Part shown: positions 20,226-28,862 of the stretch, in pieces
Numbering within the stretch: position 1 is the stretch's first letter
Layout: every line of letters starts with the position of its first letter
From: an uncultured delta proteobacterium
GTDB lineage: Bacteria > Myxococcota > Kuafuiibacteriia > Kuafuiibacteriales > Kuafuiibacteriaceae
NCBI GenBank assembly: GCA_963803435.1
Contig: CAWDML010000007.1
Span: 1-64,000, forward strand
Direction of reading: 5' to 3'
Length of the DNA: 64,000 bases
Position numbers and translations under genes: made by a program
The notes under the pieces: generated by a model
Database searches by the model: none
Told to the model about the DNA's origin: nothing
The model's input: only the letters and a program-made list of their open reading frames with translations

Positions 20226-20330
20226 CTCAAGGCAGCCATCTTCAGATCGGGACCCGGACCGGGACCGGGACCCGGACCGGGGTCGCGTGAGCGCTTACGC
20301 GCTACACGCTCCGAGGTAACATGCACCTCC

Positions 20331-21368
20331 GTGCGCGTGCTCTTCGTCTCGCAGCGCCTCCCCCCCGAGCACGTCAGCGGCGCGCCCCTCCAGGCGCTGC
20401 GTCTGGCGCGAGCGCTGGCCGAGGAGGAGATTGAGGTCGCGATCCTCACCGCGCGCTTCACCGCCGGCCAGCGGACCGGAGCGCTGGAAATCGAGGGCGT
20501 GCGCGCGCATCGACTTCCGACCATCCCCGGGCTCTCGGGTTCCTATGCGGCGCTGGCCGCGGCGTTCGTCCGAAGCCGGGACTTCGAGCTGATCCACGGT
20601 CACGCGCTCTCCGCCACCGCATTGGGCGCTGCCTTCGCGGCCCGCTCACCGGTGCTGCTCAAGCCCAGCCTCGGAGGTCCCTCGGGCGATCTCGCGAAGA
20701 TCCGGCGAAGCCCGCTCGCACCGATCCTCCAGCGCGTCCTCGAGCGCATCGATCGCTTCGCGGTGGTGCAGCCGCGGATCGGCGCCGAGCTCCGCGAGAT
20801 CGGAATCCCGGCCCAGAGGTTGATCGCGGCGAAGAACGGCGTCGACCTCGAACGCTTCCGCCCGGACGGACCGAAGGCCGAGCTCGGGACCGCCGGTCCC
20901 GTCGTGCTGTTCGTGGGCCGCCCCATCCACCGCAAGCGCCTCGATCTCCTGCTGCAAGCCTGGTTGCAGATCGCGCGCGCGCGCCCCGACGCGACGCTGG
21001 TGCTGGCCGGTCCCCGAGAGGCGCCCGAGCAGGAGCGCGTGGTCGCGCTCGGGATGCGCTCCGACGTCGACGCAATCATGCGCGCCGCCCGCGTGCTGGT
21101 CCTGCCGTCGGCCGCCGAGGGGCTCCCCAACGCGATGCTCGAGGCAATCGCGGTCGGCCTCCCGGTGGTCGCCCCACCCGGGATGGCGCCGCCCGAGCTG
21201 GCCTCCGCGGTCGACGAAGCCGACCCCACGCCGGCGGGGCTGGCCCGCGCGGTTCTTTGCGCCCTCGAGCGTCCCCGCGCCGATCCACCGGGCGAGATCC
21301 GATCCTACGGCCTCCAGGTCGTCGCCAAAGAGTACGCCCTGCTCTACCGCGCGATGATCATGGGATAG
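20331..21368 (+). CDS. Glycosyltransferase family 4
   Basis: NGVD, FVGR..K, LPSAAEGLPNAMLEA. Confidence 0.9.
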   Translation: MRVLFVSQRLPPEHVSGAPLQALRLARALAEEEIEVAILTARFTAGQRTGALEIEGVRAHRLPTIPGLSGSYAALAAAFVRSRDFELIHGHALSATALGAAFAARSPVLLKPSLGGPSGDLAKIRRSPLAPILQRVLERIDRFAVVQPRIGAELREIGIPAQRLIAAKNGVDLERFRPDGPKAELGTAGPVVLFVGRPIHRKRLDLLLQAWLQIARARPDATLVLAGPREAPEQERVVALGMRSDVDAIMRAARVLVLPSAAEGLPNAMLEAIAVGLPVVAPPGMAPPELASAVDEADPTPAGLARAVLCALERPRADPPGEIRSYGLQVVAKEYALLYRAMIMG

Positions 21369-21381
21369 GCTCCGGCGTCCC

Positions 21382-21750
21382 ATGGCACGCATCCACCACC
21401 TGGCCATCAAGGCGAAAGATCCCGAGTCGCTCGCCGGTTTCTATCGTTCGGTGATCGGCCTGTCGGAGCAGAAGCGCCACCAGGACGAGCAGGGCCTGCG
21501 CTCGGTGTGGCTCGAGCTCGGCGAGGCGATCCTGATGATCGAGCGCTCCGAGGACGGCGGTGAGACGCCCCCGTTCTCCCGCGATCCTCCCGGCCTCCAC
21601 CTGCTGGCGCTGGCGATCGCGCCCGGGGAGGCGCCCGACTGGCGGAGGCGCCTCACGGTGGTTCGCGAGACCGCCTACACGCTCTACCTGGCAGACCCCG
21701 AGGGGAACCGGATCGCCCTCTCCTCCTGGCCGGAGCCCCTCGCTCCATGA
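21382..21750 (+). CDS. VOC/glyoxalase family protein
   Basis: IHHLAI..FY..G; YLADPEGNRI. Confidence 0.85.
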   Translation: MARIHHLAIKAKDPESLAGFYRSVIGLSEQKRHQDEQGLRSVWLELGEAILMIERSEDGGETPPFSRDPPGLHLLALAIAPGEAPDWRRRLTVVRETAYTLYLADPEGNRIALSSWPEPLAP

Positions 21751-24047
21751 GCCCGAGCACGATCGGAGACGCGCTCCGGCGCCCCGGAGTTCAGATCGTG
21801 CTCGGCGTGCACGTCGCCGTCGCAATCGCGCTCTCGTTCGTGCCGCTGTTCGACGTGCTCGGCTTCGAGCGCGCCTTCGTGACGGGTCTGGTCTCGACGA
21901 TCACCAGCCCGATCGTCTCGATCACGCTGATCCGGCGTGCCCGCGCCAAGGGCGGCTCGGACCTGGCGCGCATCGCGGCGCACGCGCTCCTCCTCAACCT
22001 GGCGATGCTGCTCCCCAGCCTCGTCGCCGGCATGATCTCCGAGGCGATCCACACGCCCTGCGATCCTGAGGAGGGCGCGCTGTTCATGTTCCTGTGCGCC
22101 GGCGGCAACGCCTTCTTCGGGACGATGATCGGCCTCCTCGCCGGCACGATGGCCTACCGACGCGGCATCCCCGGGATCACCGTGGCCGCGATCCTGATCG
22201 CGTTCCTCGCGATCGCGCTCCACCGCCTGTACGCCGAGCCGCAGATCTTCGTGTACAGCGTCCCGTTCGGATGGTGGCCGGGCTCCATCTACGACGAGCA
22301 GCTCTCGGTGGACGCCCGGCTGATCGCGTTTCGCGGCTACACGCTCTTCTACGGCCTCACGATCGCCGCGGTGGTCCGCGCGTTCCTCGATCGGGAGCAG
22401 ATGATGTTGACCCTGTCCCGGCCGCGGGTGACGGCCCTCGCCGGCGTGGCGATCCTGGGCGCGGTCACGTTCTCGCTCCACCAGTCGGGCGAGCGGCTCG
22501 GCTTCGACCTGACGCGCGACACGATCGAGCGCGAGCTCTCCCGGCGCGTGGTCACGGACGAGTTCGAGATCTTCATCGACCCGAGCATCACGCCAGCGCA
22601 GGTGGAGACGCTGGTCCTCGACCATCGCTTTCGCTACCACCAGCTGACGCAGTTCTTCGACTTCCACCCCCAGCGGAAGATCAAGAGCTTCGTCTACCGC
22701 GACTCGGCCCAAAAGGCCCGGCTGATGGGCGCCGGCGAGACCCAGATCTCGCGCCCCTGGGCCTCCGAGATCCACATCGACGGCTTCACCTATCCCCACC
22801 CGGTGCTCAAGCACGAGCTCGCCCACGTCTTCTCCGCCGAGATGGCCACCGGTCCGTTCAAGGTGCCTGCGACCGGCGGGATCTTCGTGAACATCGGGAT
22901 CGTCGAGGGCATCGCGGTGGCGGCCGACTGGCGCACCAGCGAGCTCACCGTCCACGGCTGGACCCGCGCGATGCGCGCGCTCGAGCTCGCGCCCGACCTG
23001 CGGCGCACGCTCGACGTCGCGGGCTTCTGGTCGATCAGCTCGGCCCGCGCCTACACCGTGGCCGGCTCCTTCGTGCGCTACCTCGTCGACGAGCACGGCA
23101 TGGATCGCTTCGCCGTCCTGTACGCGACCAACGACTTCCAGCGCGCGTACGATCAACCGCTCGACACGCTGGTCACCGAGTGGGAGCACTACATCGACTC
23201 ACTCCCGCTCCCCGAGGGCGACCTCCTGATCGCCGAGCACCGCTTCAAGCGCCCCGGGATCTTCCAAAAGATCTGCGCGCACAAGGCCGCCAACATCTCG
23301 GCGACAGGCTACGCGCAGCTCGGTTCGGGCGACGTGGACAGCGCGATCGAAGAGCTGCTCCCGCTGCTCGACTTTGCACCGAACGATCCCGGCCCGCTGA
23401 TCGCGATCAGCAGCGCGCTGGCGCGACAGAAGCGACTGCCCGAGGCCAAGCTGTACGCGGAGCGCGCGCTGTCCATGGAGACCAGCACGCAGATGTCGAG
23501 CGCGGCTGCGCGGGAGTCCCTCGCCGGGATCGAGTGGCAGCTCGGCAAGGTCGATCTCGCCCGGGAAGGCTACGAGCAGGTGCTGACGCTGCACGTCTCG
23601 ACACCCTCGGATCGCCTCCAGATCGTCCGCCTGGCGGCCCTTTCGCGTCCTCCGGAGCTGCAGGCGGTCCTGCGCGACTACCTCAGCGGCGCCCTGCCGT
23701 CGACGGTGGCGCTGGTCCGGTTGGGCGAGGCCGCGGGCGCCCACCCGGACGACGCGCTGGTCCGCTACCTGTACGCCAAGATCCTGGAGTCGATCGGCGC
23801 GGTGCCCGAGGCCATCCGGGAGTACCGGGCTGCGCTGGCCGGGGACCTCCCCGGCGCGCCCCTGACGCGGGAGGCGAAGCTGGCGCTCGGCCGCCTGGAG
23901 CTTCTCGCCGATCGATACGCCGAAGCCGAGGCCGAGTTCCGCGGGCTGTCGCGCGAAGAGCAGAACCCGGCGATTCGCCTGGAAGCCTCAGATTGGGCGG
24001 AGCGGGCGTCGTTCGCTCAAACACTCACCTCGACGGCGGCGGAATAG
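21747..24047 (+). CDS. Membrane protein with gluzincin (peptidase MA-like) domain and TPRs
   Basis: N-terminal TM bundle, HELAH plus downstream VEGIA, AY..SFVRYL, C-terminal TPR-like helices. Confidence 0.7.
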   Translation: MSPSTIGDALRRPGVQIVLGVHVAVAIALSFVPLFDVLGFERAFVTGLVSTITSPIVSITLIRRARAKGGSDLARIAAHALLLNLAMLLPSLVAGMISEAIHTPCDPEEGALFMFLCAGGNAFFGTMIGLLAGTMAYRRGIPGITVAAILIAFLAIALHRLYAEPQIFVYSVPFGWWPGSIYDEQLSVDARLIAFRGYTLFYGLTIAAVVRAFLDREQMMLTLSRPRVTALAGVAILGAVTFSLHQSGERLGFDLTRDTIERELSRRVVTDEFEIFIDPSITPAQVETLVLDHRFRYHQLTQFFDFHPQRKIKSFVYRDSAQKARLMGAGETQISRPWASEIHIDGFTYPHPVLKHELAHVFSAEMATGPFKVPATGGIFVNIGIVEGIAVAADWRTSELTVHGWTRAMRALELAPDLRRTLDVAGFWSISSARAYTVAGSFVRYLVDEHGMDRFAVLYATNDFQRAYDQPLDTLVTEWEHYIDSLPLPEGDLLIAEHRFKRPGIFQKICAHKAANISATGYAQLGSGDVDSAIEELLPLLDFAPNDPGPLIAISSALARQKRLPEAKLYAERALSMETSTQMSSAAARESLAGIEWQLGKVDLAREGYEQVLTLHVSTPSDRLQIVRLAALSRPPELQAVLRDYLSGALPSTVALVRLGEAAGAHPDDALVRYLYAKILESIGAVPEAIREYRAALAGDLPGAPLTREAKLALGRLELLADRYAEAEAEFRGLSREEQNPAIRLEASDWAERASFAQTLTSTAAE

Positions 24048-24075
24048 AAGTCGACAGCGTGGCGTTCGGGCGGTA

Positions 24076-24564
24076 GTGATGTTGCCCATGCGGTCGCTCC
24101 CGGTCCTCGGCCCTCTGGTGCTGATCGGCCTCTGCGCATGTGCTCACGACAAGATCCCGCTCACCAACATCGACGACACCGATGAGAATCGGGAGATCCT
24201 CGACGTGGTGAAGGAGTACCACAAGGCGCTCGAGAGCCTGGACGCCGACGCGGTGCTCCACCTCGTCAGCCCGCGGTACTTCGAGGACAACGGCAATCTC
24301 GACGCGGCCGACGACTACGACTTCGAAGGCCTGAGAAAGACACTCCAGGAGGACTTCAAGCGAACCCGGGCCCTCAAGGTGAACATCCGCGTCGACGCCA
24401 TCGAGGTCGACGACGAGGCGGATCGGGCCTGGGCCGAGCTGTACTACCAGATCCACGCCCAGAACGAGTATCCATCGGGGCTCAAGTGGGAGACCGGCAG
24501 CGACCGGACGCGCATTCGCTTCGAGCGTGTCGGCGGCAAGTGGTTCATCATCGCCGGCCTCTGA
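24076..24564 (+). CDS. NTF2/SnoaL-like lipoprotein
   Basis: Lipobox CAC; Y..ALE..D..VL.LVS..Y; GKWFII. Confidence 0.65.
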   Translation: MMLPMRSLPVLGPLVLIGLCACAHDKIPLTNIDDTDENREILDVVKEYHKALESLDADAVLHLVSPRYFEDNGNLDAADDYDFEGLRKTLQEDFKRTRALKVNIRVDAIEVDDEADRAWAELYYQIHAQNEYPSGLKWETGSDRTRIRFERVGGKWFIIAGL

Positions 24565-24571
24565 GCCGGCC

Positions 24572-25963
24572 TCACGACCCGCTCGCCCCCTGAAGGAGGG
24601 AGCGCGAGAGCACGCGCCGCGCCTCCTCGACCTGACTCTCTGGGACCATCAAATCCACCGGCACCTCCGGCCCGAAGAACTGATACAGCGTCCGCTGTCG
24701 AAGCGAGCGCGCGTGCGCGGGAATGCCGGCGCGCTCGAGCGCGAGCAGCGCCGGTCCCACCACATAGACGCGATGGAGCGGCCAGGCGGAGGTCGCGTCA
24801 GCGACGAGCCGGCGGAAGCGCCACTCCGCCAGCAGATCGAGCACGAGCGCGGTCACCACGACCACCAGCGCGACGTCGACGAACAGCGCACCGGACACCA
24901 GCCATCCCAGGAACCCGCTGACCAGGACGATGCCACCGATGAACGACGCGGTCACCGCCGTCACTGCGCCGAGCTGGCTGCGCGCGGCGTCCCAAGCGGG
25001 CTCGCGCGTCTCACCGGTGACCTGGGCGATCGCGTCGCCGACCAGCGTCGGCCGGTTGAACAGCCACGACATCGCGATCGCGAGGATCACCGAGAGCGCC
25101 AGATAGGCGAGCCAGTACGTGGGAGAGGTCGGATGCAACGCTTCGATCGTCTCGCTCGGCGAGCCCAGGAAGTTGGAGACCGTCGCCGGAAGCGTGAGCA
25201 GCGAGGCCGCCATCCCCAGGGGCAGAAGACCGCTCGCGGGCACGCGCAGGACGAGGCCGGGCGTTCGCGTGCGACCGAGCTTCAGGAGGTAGACGGTGAT
25301 CGCGACGACGCCGCCGAGCAGCGCGATGATCAGGGTGACGTGGATCGTCCCCAGCAGGTTGCGAAGAACCGCGTCGTGCCCGGACCAGAACAGGTCGTAG
25401 GCTACCGGAAGCGCACCGGCGCCGATCAGCACCGCGTACCCTCCGCCCAGGCCCCGGCGATCGATCAGAAACGCCAGCCCGACCAGGAGCGCGGTGACCA
25501 CCAGACCGCAGGCGATCGTCGCGGGGACCAGCGCCGGATCTCTGGCCACGCTCGCCAGCTCCTCGCCGACCAACCAGCTCTGGAACAGCGTGAAGACCAC
25601 GGCGACGAGGTAGGTGGCTACCGCGAGCTTCCGGCGACCGACCGGACCGCCGATCCGGAGGCGGTTCCAGGGCGGTACGATCAACGCGGCCAGCTCCACC
25701 ACGTAGAAGGCCGACAGGACCGGCATGATTCCGAGCGTTCCGATGCTGGTGGTGGCGGGGTCGTACTCGGGCATGCGGCTCAGGCGCTCGAGCACCTCCG
25801 CGGTCAACGCCGGGATCGGGATCCGGCTGACGATGAACCAGACCAGCGGCGCCAGCAGAGTCACCGCGAGGCGGCCCCAGGGCCGCGGCCCCAGCGCGAG
25901 CTCCTCGCGCGAGGTGAGCGGCGAAGCAGGCGTCTTCCAGACGCTCTCTCCAGAGTCGACCAT
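24572..25963 (-). CDS. Divergent SecY-like membrane protein with C-terminal soluble (DUF2007-like) domain
   Basis: SRIPIP, SIGTLGIMPVLSA, GPVGRRKL, IDRRGLGGG, SGLLP match SecY motifs; start coupled to thrB stop. Confidence 0.65.
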   Translation of the reverse strand: MVDSGESVWKTPASPLTSREELALGPRPWGRLAVTLLAPLVWFIVSRIPIPALTAEVLERLSRMPEYDPATTSIGTLGIMPVLSAFYVVELAALIVPPWNRLRIGGPVGRRKLAVATYLVAVVFTLFQSWLVGEELASVARDPALVPATIACGLVVTALLVGLAFLIDRRGLGGGYAVLIGAGALPVAYDLFWSGHDAVLRNLLGTIHVTLIIALLGGVVAITVYLLKLGRTRTPGLVLRVPASGLLPLGMAASLLTLPATVSNFLGSPSETIEALHPTSPTYWLAYLALSVILAIAMSWLFNRPTLVGDAIAQVTGETREPAWDAARSQLGAVTAVTASFIGGIVLVSGFLGWLVSGALFVDVALVVVVTALVLDLLAEWRFRRLVADATSAWPLHRVYVVGPALLALERAGIPAHARSLRQRTLYQFFGPEVPVDLMVPESQVEEARRVLSRSLLQGASGS

Positions 25964-26982
25964 CACGCGAGGGCTGCAGCGACGAGCTGCTCCGCACGCT
26001 CGCCCGAGAGCGCCGAGAGTCGCGCGAGAAAGTGTCGATAGTCCTTGTACACCCGGCGGTCGGACGGGAGCGGGTTGAGCTCGAAGTCGTACAGGCGCGT
26101 GATCGCGAAGCGGGCCGCAGCGAGCCGGAGCTCGGACGCGAGCGCCTCCTTCTCCGGAGCCTCGAGGCGGCGCACCGCCGTGTAGCCCTCGAGCGCCGCA
26201 CGCACGCGCAGGAGATCGAACTGCCCGGCGGGCCCGCCACGCTGGGTCGCGCTCGGCTCCCAGCACCACGCGTTGATCAGCACCGCCAGCTCCCAGACGA
26301 AGCGCTCGGTCGCCGACATCTCGAAGTCGATGATCCCGGACAGGGTCTCGTCGATGAACTTGGCGTTGTCCACGAAGAGGTCGCCGTGGACCGTACCGCG
26401 CGGGAGGTGATCGATCCGCCGCGTGCTCTGTCGCTCGAGCTCGTCCTCGAGGCTGGCAAGCTCCGGGGCAAACCGGGCGTCGAGCCGGCCGTCTTCGACC
26501 GCCGCCTGCATCTCGACCACCTTCCCGCGCAGGTTGGCCTGCGAAAACTCGTTCTTGCGGGTGAGATCAAACCCGACCAGAGCGTCGTGCATCTCACCCG
26601 CGAACTGCCCGACCTGCTGCACATGTTGCGGGCGGACCTCGAAGGTCCCCAACTCACGTCCCTCCATGAAGCGGAACAGCGACACGAATCGTCCGCTCGA
26701 CGACCATGGGGTAAAGGTCCCGCCTGCCACGTTTTCGATGAGCTCGGGCGCAGGGAGCCCTGCCTTGCCGATCCGGGCCAACAGCTCCTTCTCGAAGATC
26801 ATGTCCTGAACGTGCTTGTTCTCGGTGATCCGCAGGAAGAAGTCCTCGCCGTCGGCGCGCACCCAGTACGCGGTGTTGATCGAGCCCTCCGCGATGCCGC
26901 CGAACTCCTCGAGCTCCTCGAGGTGATACAGGGAAAGGATCGACCGCATCTGGTCGCGGTCGAGCACGACGTGGACGGCCAC
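25963..26982 (-). CDS. thrB: Homoserine kinase, type II (APH fold)
   Basis: GIAEGSINT, HGDLFVDN, IIDF, RFAITRLYD..KD. Confidence 0.85.
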   Translation of the reverse strand: MAVHVVLDRDQMRSILSLYHLEELEEFGGIAEGSINTAYWVRADGEDFFLRITENKHVQDMIFEKELLARIGKAGLPAPELIENVAGGTFTPWSSSGRFVSLFRFMEGRELGTFEVRPQHVQQVGQFAGEMHDALVGFDLTRKNEFSQANLRGKVVEMQAAVEDGRLDARFAPELASLEDELERQSTRRIDHLPRGTVHGDLFVDNAKFIDETLSGIIDFEMSATERFVWELAVLINAWCWEPSATQRGGPAGQFDLLRVRAALEGYTAVRRLEAPEKEALASELRLAAARFAITRLYDFELNPLPSDRRVYKDYRHFLARLSALSGERAEQLVAAALA

Positions 26983-27063
26983 GTCGGCCACTCTATCCAG
27001 GCGGCCGGTCCGAGACGAGAGCGAAAGTGGGCGCAAAAAGGAAAAGGCCGTTATGCTCGATCA

Positions 27064-27807
27064 GTGTCGCGGCCACGGCTCGGAGACATCCTGGTCCGCT
27101 CCGGCTTGCTCAGCAACGAACAGCTCGAATTCGCACTTCGCGAGCAGTCGCGCTCCGGCGTTCGCCTCGGCCAGATCCTGGTCGACTACGGGATGATCGA
27201 AGAGTCGAAGCTCTATGACGCGCTGGCTCGGATGACCGGAATGCCGCGCCTGTCGCTGTTGACCATCGAGATCGACCGCCACGCCGCCAACATGACGGAC
27301 TCCGAGTCCGCGCTTCGACACGGAATGCTCCCGGTGGCGCGCGACCAGCGGGCCAAGATCCTGGTGGTCGCGGTGACCGATCCGACGGACGTCCTCCCCC
27401 TCGACGAGATCGCGTTCCGCACCGGCTTCCGCGTGCGTGCCGTCCTCGGCAGCGAGACCGAGGTCGGGCGCCTGATCCGCCATCACTTCTTCGGGGAGCC
27501 GCTCAAGCGCGACACCGGCGACCTGTTCACCAGGCCGGGACATCCGACGACCGGGCGCATCGAGATCGAGGACCGGATGATCATCCGAGGCATGGAGTCG
27601 ATGCGCAACGAGCTGCAGGGAACCTCGTCGATCGATCTCATCGACCAGCACGACGAGCGCGAGGCGCTGGCGATGCTCAAGCCGATCTTCGACGCCCAGC
27701 AGGAGGCGGCGCGGACGTTGAAGGCGATCTTCGACATGTGCGTCGCCCGCGGGATCATCGATCCGGGCGAGTATTTCGAGCGCCTGCGCAGCATTCCCGA
27801 CGACTGA
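27064..27807 (+). CDS. MshEN / GspE N-terminal domain protein without ATPase
   Basis: RLGDILVRSGLL..LEFALREQ..RLGQILVDYG tandem motif; VAVTDP. Confidence 0.8.
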   Translation: MSRPRLGDILVRSGLLSNEQLEFALREQSRSGVRLGQILVDYGMIEESKLYDALARMTGMPRLSLLTIEIDRHAANMTDSESALRHGMLPVARDQRAKILVVAVTDPTDVLPLDEIAFRTGFRVRAVLGSETEVGRLIRHHFFGEPLKRDTGDLFTRPGHPTTGRIEIEDRMIIRGMESMRNELQGTSSIDLIDQHDEREALAMLKPIFDAQQEAARTLKAIFDMCVARGIIDPGEYFERLRSIPDD

Positions 27808-27847
27808 CGTTGACGCTCACGCGCGCGGATCGATAGGGTGCGCCACC

Positions 27848-28858
27848 GTGTTCGGGCTGTCCGATCTGATCGGTCAAGAGGGGGCCGTCCAGCGGCTGGT
27901 CCGCCTGGTCACCTCGGATCGACTCCCGCACGCGCTCTTGTTCGAGGGTCCCGAGGGCGTCGGCAAGTTCACGGCCGCCCAGGCGCTGGCGGCCTCGCTG
28001 TTGTGCCGGCGACCGCCCCGCCCGGGCGACGCCTGCGGCGAGTGCAGCGCCTGCGTCAAGGTCGAGGGACAGAACCACGCCGACCTCCACCTCATCCGCA
28101 CGCCCGACCCCCGCATCAAGATCGCGGAGGTACGAGAGGCCGAGCGCGCCCTGGCGCTGCGACCCATGGAGGGGCAACGCAAGGTGCTCCTGGTCGAAGA
28201 CGCTCACAAGATGACGATCGAGGCCCAGAACGCGCTCCTCAAGACCCTGGAGGAGCCGCGCGGATCGACGCACATCATCCTGACCGTGGCCCGGCTGAAG
28301 AACGTGCTGCCGACCGTCGTGTCGCGATGCCAGCGCCTCCGGTTCCAGGCGCTGAGCTCGTCGCAGATCGCCGGCCTGCTCGCCACCGAGGCCGGCCCGA
28401 TGGTGGCGGCGCTGGCGCAGGGCTCGGTGGGCCGAGCGCAGTCGATCGAGGTGGCGGCCACGCTCGAAGTCCGCAATCGTATGGCGGCGCTCGATCGCAG
28501 GCTGGAACACGCGACGCCGAAGGCGGCGCTCGACGCGATCGCGATCGCGGCGGAGCTCGGCCACGATCGACGCGAGATGGCGGCCGCGCTCGATCTCCTC
28601 GCCCTCTGGCTGCGCGATCAGATCACGATCGCGAGCGGCACCGGCGAGAGCGAGATCGCGAACTCGGACCGAAGGGCCGACCTCGAAGCGCTCTCCGCCG
28701 AGCGCGGCTTGACCGAGCTGCTGGCCAGGGCCCGCACGGTCATGGAGGCGCGGCGGCAGCTCGATCTCCCCTTCAACCTCAACGCGACCATGATCGCCGA
28801 GCAGATGTGCCTGGCGCTGGCGGGCCACGCGGTGATGAAACCGGTGCCCCTGTGGTGA
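27848..28858 (+). CDS. holB: DNA polymerase III delta' subunit
   Basis: HALLFEGPEGVGK, CGECSAC, NALLKTLEEP, SRCQ. Confidence 0.92.
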   Translation: MFGLSDLIGQEGAVQRLVRLVTSDRLPHALLFEGPEGVGKFTAAQALAASLLCRRPPRPGDACGECSACVKVEGQNHADLHLIRTPDPRIKIAEVREAERALALRPMEGQRKVLLVEDAHKMTIEAQNALLKTLEEPRGSTHIILTVARLKNVLPTVVSRCQRLRFQALSSSQIAGLLATEAGPMVAALAQGSVGRAQSIEVAATLEVRNRMAALDRRLEHATPKAALDAIAIAAELGHDRREMAAALDLLALWLRDQITIASGTGESEIANSDRRADLEALSAERGLTELLARARTVMEARRQLDLPFNLNATMIAEQMCLALAGHAVMKPVPLW

Positions 28859-28862
28859 CTCG

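Larger units (their letters stand above)
18993..20311. mobile_element. Non-autonomous TIR element, copy 1 (1319 bp), carrying a four-helix-bundle gene and an IS1182 fragment
   Basis: ~65-bp imperfect TIRs (18993-19056, 20246-20311; outer 16 bp GAGCGTGTAGCGCGTA perfect); CGAG direct repeats at 18989-18992 and 20312-20315; lower interior GC; second copy at 36479. Confidence 0.85.

Noticed and set aside
19444-20240. Active IS1182
   Set aside because: N-terminal half and left end missing; the duplicated unit is bounded by different, outer TIRs
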